A program made the translations under genes and the position numbers. Shown here piece after piece: positions 29,321 to 38,172 of a stretch of 64,000 bases of DNA; positions within the stretch are counted from its first letter, which is position 1; each line of letters starts with the position of its first letter. Source of the stretch: Candidatus Ozemobacteraceae bacterium (GTDB lineage: Bacteria > Muiribacteriota > Ozemobacteria > Ozemobacterales > Ozemobacteraceae). The notes beneath the pieces were generated by a model, which was not told the DNA's origin, made no database searches, and saw nothing but the letters and a program-made list of their open reading frames with translations. The stretch is taken from the NCBI GenBank assembly GCA_965140445.1, contig OZ223236.1, forward strand, positions 4,320,001 to 4,384,000, given 5' to 3'.

Positions 29321-30460
29321 CTATTTGCTCAAAGCCAAAGGAGCCTTAAGCCAGTGCCCCTTTCCATCTTCTTTCATGTAGTAATCAGCTTCTACGTAAA
29401 TCATGGTATGAGCTCCATCAATTTTTATATCATTTGTAAAAGCCACATTACTTCCAATCATTTGCATTTTAACAGCTTTGCCAGCCTTATTAATACAGAA
29501 TACTCTTCTTGGAGTAACAGGCTGTCCGCCTTGATTCATAATCTTAACGGTAACGCCGCCCATCATTGGGTAAGCCTTTGCTACAGGAGTATGAGGGAAC
29601 ACAATAGCCTCATCAATTTCGTCTGCAACACAATATCTATAAGCTGGAGCTCCTGCTGCGTCTTGTTCATGATCTTTTGGGAAATTACCAAACGAGTCGT
29701 GACAGATATAAGCAACTTGCCCATTCTCAAGTTCACCTATTCCAACAACAACTACAGCATGAGTTCCCATAAGGTATTTTTGGGTAGGCATTTCAAATTG
29801 AATATAAAGAGGCCCGTGATCTCTTATAGCTTTTACCAGTTTTGCATCATTCTTTTTGCCAAACCAATGTTTGCTTACAACGGCTTTCCATTTGCCTTCC
29901 ATTGGGTAATCATTTTTGCTGTATTTAAATTCTGATTTGGTAAGAGGATCAAAAATTGTTTCTTCCTTGTCAGATACCAGAATTCTTGAATATCCTTTTG
30001 GTCGGATTGGAACTTTCCAGCCAGTAATTGGACAGGTAGAAAGCATCAAATAGCGAATTTTGTTCCACTTGCCGTTCTTTCTATATCTAACTTCGAGTTT
30101 TCGTGGATTAAAACCTGTTTCTATTTGCCCATTGTTAAAGCTTCTATATGTTGGCAGCTTTCTTCCCATTTCAATTGCCCACCAATCTGCCATTGAAGAA
30201 GCTGCATGGCTTAAACAACTATAAATTGGAGTATTTGGTTCAGGTTTATATTCCCATTTCTCCTGGGGAAATTCTTTATTAAACTGATCAACTCTTTCTT
30301 TTGTTTCTTCCTGATTTTTATGAGGAAGTTTTTTCCAATTCCTGATCATAAAAACTTTTTTGAAGTCTTTTTCCGGGTCACATGGTGTTCCGACTAATGC
30401 CCATGCGCCGCTGGAAACAGCAAAAGCAAAAAGGACGGTTAAAAATCCAATTCTTCTCAT
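29321..30460 (-). CDS. Secreted protein with papain-like (clan CA) cysteine peptidase motifs
   Basis: Signal peptide AWA|; YSCLSHAAS, AIRDHGPL, HAVVVVG, CHDSFG. Confidence 0.6.
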   Translation of the reverse strand: MRRIGFLTVLFAFAVSSGAWALVGTPCDPEKDFKKVFMIRNWKKLPHKNQEETKERVDQFNKEFPQEKWEYKPEPNTPIYSCLSHAASSMADWWAIEMGRKLPTYRSFNNGQIETGFNPRKLEVRYRKNGKWNKIRYLMLSTCPITGWKVPIRPKGYSRILVSDKEETIFDPLTKSEFKYSKNDYPMEGKWKAVVSKHWFGKKNDAKLVKAIRDHGPLYIQFEMPTQKYLMGTHAVVVVGIGELENGQVAYICHDSFGNFPKDHEQDAAGAPAYRYCVADEIDEAIVFPHTPVAKAYPMMGGVTVKIMNQGGQPVTPRRVFCINKAGKAVKMQMIGSNVAFTNDIKIDGAHTMIYVEADYYMKEDGKGHWLKAPLALSK

Positions 30461-30490
30461 CTCTATCCCCTAAGGTTTGAATATTTTTTA

Positions 30491-30518
30491 ATTATACCTC
30501 TGTACACCAATTCCGCAA
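30491..30518 (-). promoter_or_regulatory. sigma70 promoter
   Basis: TTGCGG-16 nt-TATAAT on the minus strand upstream of 30460. Confidence 0.55.
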
Positions 30519-30654
30519 GTTTTGATCGGCCAGATCGGTCTTTTCATCAACAGCAAACGGAACAACTAAAATGAAACTTGAAAAAAATTGGTTTCAAAGA
30601 TAGGATTTAAGCCTTAATTTAAATTGCAACGGGCAATTCCGAACAGGAGATTCA

Positions 30655-31122
30655 ATGGAAAACAATGACATTCTAAGAAGGCTAAGATACGCACTAAACC
30701 TTTCCAATCAACGAGTTATGGATATGGTTGCTCTTAAAGGCAGAAAGATAGACCACCAAACCCTGGAAAGCTATCTCAAAAAGGAAACTGATAGCGGTTT
30801 TGTTCTTTGCCCTGATGAAGTTCTTGAGAATTTTCTGGATGGTCTTATTATAGTTCGACGCGGTCAGAAGGATGAAAAACCTCAGCCAGCCCAAACAGAA
30901 ACCCAGCCTTTTGGAAATACGGAAGTTTTAAAAAAGATCAGAATAGCTTTAGAGCTAAAAGAAGAAGACATGTTAAGCATTTTTGCGCTTACCGATTTTA
31001 AAATTTCAAAAGCTGAACTTTCGGCTCTTTTCCGCCGTAGAGGACACGTAAATTTCAAAAAGTGTGGCGATCAGCTATTAAGAAACTTTCTACTAGGACT
31101 TACCAAAAAATTGCGCGATTAG
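30655..31122 (+). CDS. yehS: DUF1456 / YehS family protein
   Basis: MENNDILRRLRYAL...FLDGLII.RRG...LKKIRIAL.L...ELSALFR...CGDQLLRNFL.GL. Confidence 0.9.
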   Translation: MENNDILRRLRYALNLSNQRVMDMVALKGRKIDHQTLESYLKKETDSGFVLCPDEVLENFLDGLIIVRRGQKDEKPQPAQTETQPFGNTEVLKKIRIALELKEEDMLSIFALTDFKISKAELSALFRRRGHVNFKKCGDQLLRNFLLGLTKKLRD

Positions 31123-31148
31123 ATTTTTAAGAAAGAAATTGAATAGTA

Positions 31149-31628
31149 ATGAGCAAAGAAATAGACCTACACGGCCTGCAAGCCTTTGAGGCGCTTCAGA
31201 AGTTCATTGAATTTTACAACAGACAAATCAAATCTGGAAACAGGTCTCCAATCAATGTAATTCATGGATATGGTTCTACTGGTGAAGGCGGGATTATCAG
31301 AAAAAGATTACGAAATTTTCTGGCAAACCATTCTGACAAGCTAAAATTTATCTTTGGAGAATCCATTGATTTTAGAAATTGCGGCAGAACAGTTGTCACT
31401 CCAATTTTGCCTCTTCCAAGCGCAACCGACATCTTGTCCCAGGAAATACTCAGCTTTTGTGATGCTCCACGGACAAAAACCAAAATTTCCGGAAAATTCC
31501 GTAAATATGGGGAAGAACAAATTTTAAAATCAATTAAAAGCCTTGAAAAATCAGGCTTTCTTTTCACTTTTTACAAAGGAAAATATAAGGTTTTCTGTAC
31601 CAGGCCAGAGGAAAATGAAAAAGCATAA
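31149..31628 (+). CDS. Smr/MutS2 domain protein with C-terminal winged-helix-like segment
   Basis: IDLHG, VIHGYGS.G.GG.IR, NCGRTVV. Confidence 0.85.
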   Translation: MSKEIDLHGLQAFEALQKFIEFYNRQIKSGNRSPINVIHGYGSTGEGGIIRKRLRNFLANHSDKLKFIFGESIDFRNCGRTVVTPILPLPSATDILSQEILSFCDAPRTKTKISGKFRKYGEEQILKSIKSLEKSGFLFTFYKGKYKVFCTRPEENEKA

Positions 31629-32007
31629 AAAGCTTATAATCTCCCCTTTTCTAACAGAAATATCAAAATCAGAGGCAAAATTGCTTTTTCAAAATAGCTC
31701 TGAGTGGAATTTTTTTGCTTCAAAAATCACGGGCAGCGCTGAAGTAAAAAAATCTTTGGAGCAAAAACAACGACACATTTGTCCTGTTTGTGGACAGAAG
31801 CTTCACACTGACACCAAAAACAACAGCATACATCACATAAGCTACAATCATAGCTGTATGATACTCCAGGAGCCTTTTTCCAAAGTTTTACACAAAGAAA
31901 GATGTAATTTTTGCAAAAACTCTTTCACAAATTATTTTGATAAATGTTTATCCAGATTAATCCTTGTACACAACCGCTGTCACAAGAATCTCCACCCATC
32001 AAGATAA
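31615..32007 (+). CDS. HNH-like Zn-binding endonuclease
   Basis: CPVCG...IHH...LILVHNRCHKNLH. ATG 31615 overlaps the Smr gene end. Confidence 0.6.
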   Translation: MKKHKKLIISPFLTEISKSEAKLLFQNSSEWNFFASKITGSAEVKKSLEQKQRHICPVCGQKLHTDTKNNSIHHISYNHSCMILQEPFSKVLHKERCNFCKNSFTNYFDKCLSRLILVHNRCHKNLHPSR

Positions 32008-32043
32008 CTATTCAGCTCTTGCGATTGTGATTTTTTTCCCATT

Positions 32044-32060
32044 TCGGCACAAATATTGCT
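32044..32060 (+). promoter_or_regulatory. sigma54 -24/-12 promoter
   Basis: TCGGCACAAATATTGCT: GG(32046-47)-N10-GC(32058-59). Confidence 0.65.
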
Positions 32061-32167
32061 GTATTCTTTGTATAATTATTCACAAATAGAGAAGGGAGCT
32101 AAACATAGATTCTAAAAAGCTGGTGACTGTCAAAACAAATTCTTATTCAAACTCAGGAGACAGATAA

Positions 32168-32992
32168 ATGAGCTTTCTCGACGATATTAAGCAAAAAATT
32201 GAAGAAGTAGATTTTTCTGACATACGACTGCTAGTTGTTGGAATTTTTCTGGTTCTTTTGCCATTGCTTATTCTTCTTTTTTACTCTGAAAAAGCTAAAA
32301 ATAGCGAAAGTCGAACACTAAAAAACCTTCAGCAATATTCGATTTCGAAGAATAGGAAGGGTTTTAGTTTCACTTCAAACACACCTACTACTGCCGGTAT
32401 TTTCTCTAAAACCCCGAAATTCTTTTCATCTAAAAAATCTGAAAATGAATGGGAAAAGGCTATAAAAAGAACCCAGGAAGATAATCAGCTTCCTGCAAAA
32501 ATCAGAATGCTTCCAAAAGACAAAAGGGACTTCTGGGAAGCAAATATGGACCCTCAAATTCGCATGGCAAACTACGAAATGGAAAACGGCAAATTTGATC
32601 ATGCAATGAAGCTATGTGAAGAAATCCTTGACCGAGACTCCAACAACTATCTGCTTAAATTTCAGGCAAGCGGTAATTTATGTAAAATGTACAAACTTCT
32701 TGGCAACGAGAAAGCTTATGAGAAAGAATTTCAAAGATATTTATCATTTCTTGAGAAAATAAAATATCCAGGATTTAGCGCCGGACCACTTACAGCAGGA
32801 ATGAAAGGGATGCAAAAACTTGTTTCCAGCCTTCCAAAGATGCGTGTAAATCCACAAGTCAGAGCTTCAATTGAGAAAGCTATCGCAGAAAGGGGACTTA
32901 CTGGTAAAATGACAGTAGATGCAGTTTTTGATCAGACCCAGGCGTTCTTTCTTCAATTGTCCAGAGGCTCTTACCAGGGAGGAAAAAAATGA
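32168..32992 (+). CDS. Membrane-anchored TPR-like protein
   Basis: N-terminal TM; TPR-like YEMENGKFDHAMKLCEEIL; AGGAG SD. Confidence 0.65.
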   Translation: MSFLDDIKQKIEEVDFSDIRLLVVGIFLVLLPLLILLFYSEKAKNSESRTLKNLQQYSISKNRKGFSFTSNTPTTAGIFSKTPKFFSSKKSENEWEKAIKRTQEDNQLPAKIRMLPKDKRDFWEANMDPQIRMANYEMENGKFDHAMKLCEEILDRDSNNYLLKFQASGNLCKMYKLLGNEKAYEKEFQRYLSFLEKIKYPGFSAGPLTAGMKGMQKLVSSLPKMRVNPQVRASIEKAIAERGLTGKMTVDAVFDQTQAFFLQLSRGSYQGGKK

Positions 32993-35805
32993 GGCGTGGT
33001 AACGTTTTCTTCATAATCATAGCTGTTTTGGCCATAATTTTTACCATGATGACTTTTTTTATTAAAGATACCATGCAGGAAAAGAATACAACTCAGTATT
33101 CCCAGCGAGTAGCTCAAACCGAATGCCTGGCAGAAGCAATCATGGAACGTGCGATGATAAAGCTGAAAAAAGAGCTCAACGACCCCGAAAACTGCAAGGA
33201 TAAAAATAGCTTAGCCTGTTTTATTAGAACTCCGATGACCAAAAATAAGTCCAGCTTTCTTGGCGATGACACATTCGGCAAAGATTACGAGCTGAATATT
33301 CCAGAAGAGAAAAAAATATTTGTCTTGAGCAAAGAGGACCTTGAAGGCGATCTTGGCTCAGAACTGACTGATGCAGTTAAGTTCATGGCGGGAGAGAAAG
33401 CGGATTTTAACGCAGAAGTTCAAATCAGCCTGGTAAAATCTTACGGTATCGGTCCTGGTCCAAGTGTTATTGTTCCTGACGATTTTAGAATTGCAGGCGT
33501 TGATATGCCCTGGAATATAAATGAATCGGTAATGAAGTTTCTAAATAACGATGGCTTTTCTGCTTTAACACTTGAGTTTCCTGATGGCCTGCAACTTTTT
33601 GATTTAAAAATAAACCTCCTTCCCGGGGCTGATGCTCTTTTAGGAACCAAAAAAATCACATCAGAGGGAACAGAATATCGTGACGGAGGAGCTTCAACAG
33701 AGGCTTTTAAAAACCCATTTGAAATAGATGTAATGAAACTTCTGGCTACCTTTGCGGAAAAAACCAGCAGTGCCGGTGATCAAAGCACAATGTCTCAAAT
33801 TCTTGAGAAAAATGAGATTAGCAAGCTTTTGCAATGGATGAGCGATACATTTGAAACAATGACTGGCAAAAACAGCTTTTATCCTCTTGAAATAAAATTG
33901 GCCAAAAGTATTTTCCCTCCAATTTCAGGAAAAGCCGGTTACACAATGCCTTCCAGCATTGAAGAGAACTACGCAACCGAAAAATATGGATTTCTGGAAA
34001 TAAATGCCAATGCAGCAATAATTTATCCTGACAAACAGGTTGTTTTCAAATCAGTTAAAGCTGAAAAGGAATTCAAGTGCGCTGATATTGAGCCTGTAGC
34101 TCCTTTGTACAGTTTCTTCATAAACAACACCAATAATGAATATCTGAATTTTAACAGTGTTGGCGGGAACCTCACCATTAACAACTTCTCCAGTTTAAAT
34201 AGAATCACAGGATCTGGAAAATCTTCTGATCCTGAAAAAACAGAATTTCCTGGTCTGGTAAGAGTTAACGGAACCGAAAACACCGTGGTAAATGTTGGTT
34301 TCATAGGTAACCCACTTTCTAACTCAATAGATTCATCAGACAATTCCCTAAAGAAAATGGGAAAGAGTGCTGAATGGGCTCTGGTCCTGGATCACAAATG
34401 TAAAAACGCTGCATTTGGCGCATCAACACAGTTCTATGATGCAAAAGAGAAGATAAACGACAAATATCGTAGCAAATTTGTTCAGCTTTCTAATACACAG
34501 ATAGCCAAAACAAAGGATAAAATTGAGTCAAAAGGGGCTGAATTCAACCCTCCAGTTATGAAACCGCCTCAACCTGCAGAAGAACATAAAACCAACTTCA
34601 AAAAAACTTTTGAAAAAGGAAATTTGAAGGCTGACGTAAAAGGTGGATTACAAAAGCTTTTTGGAGGTTTTCTACAGCCAAATATCCTACCTCCACTTGA
34701 TAAAGATAAACTAGGAGTTTACTTTTTCGAGCCTCCAATTCATTTCGCCAAGGATTACATGAAAAACGAATCCGGCGTATCTGGAATGAACATATTTAAC
34801 GACAGCTTTGTGAAATGGGAATGGCCGGTTTCCGGTTTTGGTTTTGACCAGTTCAGGATTCCTATTCCAACAGTTTCCGAAACCACAACCCAATTATTTG
34901 GGTTTGGCTCTGCTTATCCAACTTTAACTAAAGGGATTGAAGGAAACGTCTTAAAAAGAATCAGACAATGGCATCTGGGAATAATGTCATTCCCATGCCT
35001 CCCCCCACCCTTTGGGAAGCAGATTCCAACTCCCTGGGGACCACTTTTACCAATTTGGTTTCCTGTCTGGCACACCCATGACATAGAAAACAAATATGAG
35101 TATGCTTTATGGCTTTTAAAGGAAACACTGCCGGAAGGAGACATGGAAATTGAGGGATCGATTTACGATCCAACCCAATTGGCCAATCACCCACCAAATC
35201 TGTATTCTGTTGAGCAATATGCAAAGAAAGCTTCTTTTTATTATGCTACAGCAGAGGATTTTTATGCGGATTTAAAAAATCGAACTATTAAAGAAAATGG
35301 CAAAGATTGTTTGAATCTCAGCGGAATAACCTACATTGAGGACTCGGTTATTCTCCCCCCTCCTGAAATGCCAGAGCTTTGCGTTGCCGGCAAAGGAGCC
35401 ATTGTAACCGGCGGAAATTTCGTTATTCAAGGCGACATCAAAGATGCCTGGAATGAGGATGAAGAAAGAAAAGCTGATACTCCGCGAACAATTTTTTCCT
35501 TGATCGCCAGAAAAGGTGGTTTAATTGTTGATCCTGGCGCTGGACCTGCTTCGATAAGGCTGGAAGGTTCCATCTATACCGAAAAAGGCATGAGCGTCCC
35601 TTCCAGTAAAGGGGTCAAAATCGTCGGCAATTATGTGACTAATGCATTCTGCAAACTTCATCTGATGGGAGAGGTTCTGGTGGAATACGTTGCCTATAAA
35701 ACCAGATCGTCGCTAACTTCCGTTAATCCTGATCAGGGTGTTTATGATCCAGACAGGTATCTCATCACTTTGTCACCGGGATGGTCATCATGGAAACTTC
35801 AATAA
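32989..35805 (+). CDS. Large PilX/GspK-like minor (pseudo)pilin
   Basis: MRRG|NVFFIIIAVLAIIF class III signal without E5; AEAIMERA helix; C-terminal beta-rich repeats (GKGAIVTGGNFVIQGDI, LEGSIYT). Confidence 0.65.
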   Translation: MRRGNVFFIIIAVLAIIFTMMTFFIKDTMQEKNTTQYSQRVAQTECLAEAIMERAMIKLKKELNDPENCKDKNSLACFIRTPMTKNKSSFLGDDTFGKDYELNIPEEKKIFVLSKEDLEGDLGSELTDAVKFMAGEKADFNAEVQISLVKSYGIGPGPSVIVPDDFRIAGVDMPWNINESVMKFLNNDGFSALTLEFPDGLQLFDLKINLLPGADALLGTKKITSEGTEYRDGGASTEAFKNPFEIDVMKLLATFAEKTSSAGDQSTMSQILEKNEISKLLQWMSDTFETMTGKNSFYPLEIKLAKSIFPPISGKAGYTMPSSIEENYATEKYGFLEINANAAIIYPDKQVVFKSVKAEKEFKCADIEPVAPLYSFFINNTNNEYLNFNSVGGNLTINNFSSLNRITGSGKSSDPEKTEFPGLVRVNGTENTVVNVGFIGNPLSNSIDSSDNSLKKMGKSAEWALVLDHKCKNAAFGASTQFYDAKEKINDKYRSKFVQLSNTQIAKTKDKIESKGAEFNPPVMKPPQPAEEHKTNFKKTFEKGNLKADVKGGLQKLFGGFLQPNILPPLDKDKLGVYFFEPPIHFAKDYMKNESGVSGMNIFNDSFVKWEWPVSGFGFDQFRIPIPTVSETTTQLFGFGSAYPTLTKGIEGNVLKRIRQWHLGIMSFPCLPPPFGKQIPTPWGPLLPIWFPVWHTHDIENKYEYALWLLKETLPEGDMEIEGSIYDPTQLANHPPNLYSVEQYAKKASFYYATAEDFYADLKNRTIKENGKDCLNLSGITYIEDSVILPPPEMPELCVAGKGAIVTGGNFVIQGDIKDAWNEDEERKADTPRTIFSLIARKGGLIVDPGAGPASIRLEGSIYTEKGMSVPSSKGVKIVGNYVTNAFCKLHLMGEVLVEYVAYKTRSSLTSVNPDQGVYDPDRYLITLSPGWSSWKLQ

Positions 35806-36275
35806 ATACTCTGCCCAGAAAGGGCCTTACACTACTTGAAATTGTAATTGGAATGGCGATTATCGCTATGGCCTTCATCCCGATAATTCGTGGAATAAAC
35901 TATGGAAACAAATCCACCGTAAAAATCTCGAATTACTCAAAGGTTTCGCGACTGGTAAAGAAACTGGTGGAGGAATGCAAGCATGTTCCATTTCCAACTT
36001 ATAAAGAGCAGTATGCGGAATTAAAGGATCAAAGCTGGTTTGCCATCAATCCTGAGTTCTATCCCAAAACCGTAGAAGCCTCCCGGGAAATGGAAGAAGA
36101 ACTCAAAGATCTGAACATTGATGCCCAACTAAAGGTGGTCAAAAATGAAGATGATGTTATCCGGGAAATTTGGATAAAGGTAAATGCAACCTGGAAAGAG
36201 GGAGATGGCACGACCAGAAACACTCCCCGCGAGCTACGCCTGGCACAGGCTATACATAACCCTGACGTGAATTAG
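35781..36275 (+). CDS. PilV/GspI-like minor pilin (prepilin N-methylation motif)
   Basis: RKG|LTLLEIVIGMAII. Confidence 0.8.
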   Translation: MVIMETSINTLPRKGLTLLEIVIGMAIIAMAFIPIIRGINYGNKSTVKISNYSKVSRLVKKLVEECKHVPFPTYKEQYAELKDQSWFAINPEFYPKTVEASREMEEELKDLNIDAQLKVVKNEDDVIREIWIKVNATWKEGDGTTRNTPRELRLAQAIHNPDVN

Positions 36276-36286
36276 GAGAAATCGGT

Positions 36287-37792
36287 ATGAGAACAAAAAA
36301 ATCGGGGTTTACCCTAGTTGAGGTAATGATAGGCGTTTTCCTATCAAGTCTTGTTCTGGGTTCTGTATATAGTATATGGGGAACAGCAAGACGTGATGTC
36401 TCTACTGCATCTGTGAGGCAGGTAATCGGTGACGAAGTAAAACTTGCGGTAACCTATATGGCTAAGGATTTTCAGGCTATAAAACAGGGATCACTTGAAG
36501 TAAAAGGTTCCAGCGATGGAAACAGCGCAGTAATAAAAATGAAGAGATACTCCCTTAAAGACAAAGAAGAAGGCGCTTCTGCCACTTCTTATGATTACAC
36601 AGAGGACATTGAGTACACATACCAGAAGCCTTTCTTAAAACGCCGAATAACAGGGAAGCCACAAAAGACGCTGGCCAGCCACTTGACTGCCTTTGAGCTA
36701 ACAAGAGGTGGCGATAAAACCAACCACACCACGAAGGATTTTTCCTCAACCCTGACCGAGCAGGAAAGAGCTTTAAATGCTCGTATAGACATTTCCATGA
36801 CGGGCACGTTAAAAGTAAATGTTACCGGCAAAGTTCAGACCCACACAGAAAAAACGTCTGTTTTCATGCGCGAAGAATTTCAAAATTCAGTGAGTGAAAA
36901 AAGGTATCTTTCCATGTTGAAACTCTTCAAAAAAGACAAGCTCCTGGATGAAGATAAAATGCTGGATACTTATTTAAATGATGGCACCCAACTCTTTACT
37001 GACGAGCAGCTAATGGCAATGAATGCTGAGCAGTTAGGTGAGCTGGCTTTGCAAGAGCAGGCCGGCTATGAGAAAGCTTTTGCCGAATTGTCCCAAATAG
37101 ATAAGGAAATAGGCAATGCCGACACAAAGCTGGATAGATGGTGGATCTTTGATAAATCAACTGAAGTAACTGATATCCAAAAGAAACTGAAAAAAATTGA
37201 TGTTTCAGAGAAGGATAGTGCGGATTCATTAAAAGAAAAATCAGAAAGCGTTGAAGCTGAAAAAGAAAAACTTACCAAGATTATCGAAGAATATGAAGTG
37301 GCAAATATGGAAAAATCTTTTGGTTCTGTATATGGAGATTTAGCCAGCTTGAAAACCTCAAAGCCATCCGAATACAAAGAGCTAAAAGAAGTTTATGACA
37401 TGATGATCAGAGATCGAACCATGAAGGAAATTCATGACCAGGCGCAAAAAGGCAGTGAATCTCCGACCGAGTATGTTGGCTTCCTGGACAGAAACAATCC
37501 TGAAAATATGGTCCGGGGATTAACTTACGATGCTCTTGGAAACCCAATCAATGTTACAGAATCCGATTCAGACTTTGCAGCACGTAAAACTGCGGCCTCC
37601 AGACAATATGAAATAGCCTCCAAGATGGATATGGAATGGATCAATACCCAGGAAGGTGAAGATTCGGTTAAAATGTATACCTCTGCAAAAAACCTGTATG
37701 ATCTTGCCGACACAAAAAAGGCTTCAATAGAGACTTTATACAGACATAAAAGCAACATGGAAAAAATTTCTACAATTCTTGCAAAAAAATAA
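36287..37792 (+). CDS. PilW/GspJ-like minor pilin with long helical C-terminal extension
   Basis: KKSG|FTLVEVMIGVFLSSLVL; AGGAG SD. Confidence 0.8.
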   Translation: MRTKKSGFTLVEVMIGVFLSSLVLGSVYSIWGTARRDVSTASVRQVIGDEVKLAVTYMAKDFQAIKQGSLEVKGSSDGNSAVIKMKRYSLKDKEEGASATSYDYTEDIEYTYQKPFLKRRITGKPQKTLASHLTAFELTRGGDKTNHTTKDFSSTLTEQERALNARIDISMTGTLKVNVTGKVQTHTEKTSVFMREEFQNSVSEKRYLSMLKLFKKDKLLDEDKMLDTYLNDGTQLFTDEQLMAMNAEQLGELALQEQAGYEKAFAELSQIDKEIGNADTKLDRWWIFDKSTEVTDIQKKLKKIDVSEKDSADSLKEKSESVEAEKEKLTKIIEEYEVANMEKSFGSVYGDLASLKTSKPSEYKELKEVYDMMIRDRTMKEIHDQAQKGSESPTEYVGFLDRNNPENMVRGLTYDALGNPINVTESDSDFAARKTAASRQYEIASKMDMEWINTQEGEDSVKMYTSAKNLYDLADTKKASIETLYRHKSNMEKISTILAKK

Positions 37793-37800
37793 AAAAGTAT

Positions 37801-37827
37801 TAAACATTTTTTCCAAAGGGCCGATAG
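37801..37827 (+). promoter_or_regulatory. sigma28 (FliA/SigD) promoter
   Basis: TAAA(37801-04)-N15-GCCGATAG(37820-27), near-exact consensus. Confidence 0.8.
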
Positions 37828-37869
37828 TTATTTAAGAAAAAGATAATAAATCTCAGGAGGCCCGCAAAC

Positions 37870-38109
37870 ATGATTCTTCCAAACACCCCACTCTATCAGT
37901 CAAAAACCGACGCTGAATTCCGTATTAGAATGATCGATCACATCAAAAAACACTACGGCGACGTAATGGGTAGTGAACTCAATCTTCTTGATCTTCCAAA
38001 TGGTCTTGAAATTCTTCAAGCAAAAGTCCAGCAGAGACTCTATGACGTTTCTAACGGCGCAATCAACTTGATTCCAGAAGAAAGACTTACGGACAAAATC
38101 GCAGCATAA
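37870..38109 (+). CDS. Hypothetical 79-aa protein
   Basis: AGGAGG SD, own promoter and terminator. Confidence 0.8.
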   Translation: MILPNTPLYQSKTDAEFRIRMIDHIKKHYGDVMGSELNLLDLPNGLEILQAKVQQRLYDVSNGAINLIPEERLTDKIAA

Positions 38110-38116
38110 TTTACGC

Positions 38117-38162
38117 AAAAAAAACGGGCTGGTGTGGTCTCCGACACCGGCCCGTTTTTTTT
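38117..38162. terminator. Bidirectional intrinsic terminator
   Basis: A8-CGGGCTGGTGT-loop-ACACCGGCCCG-T8. Confidence 0.88.
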
Positions 38163-38172
38163 ATTCAATTAT

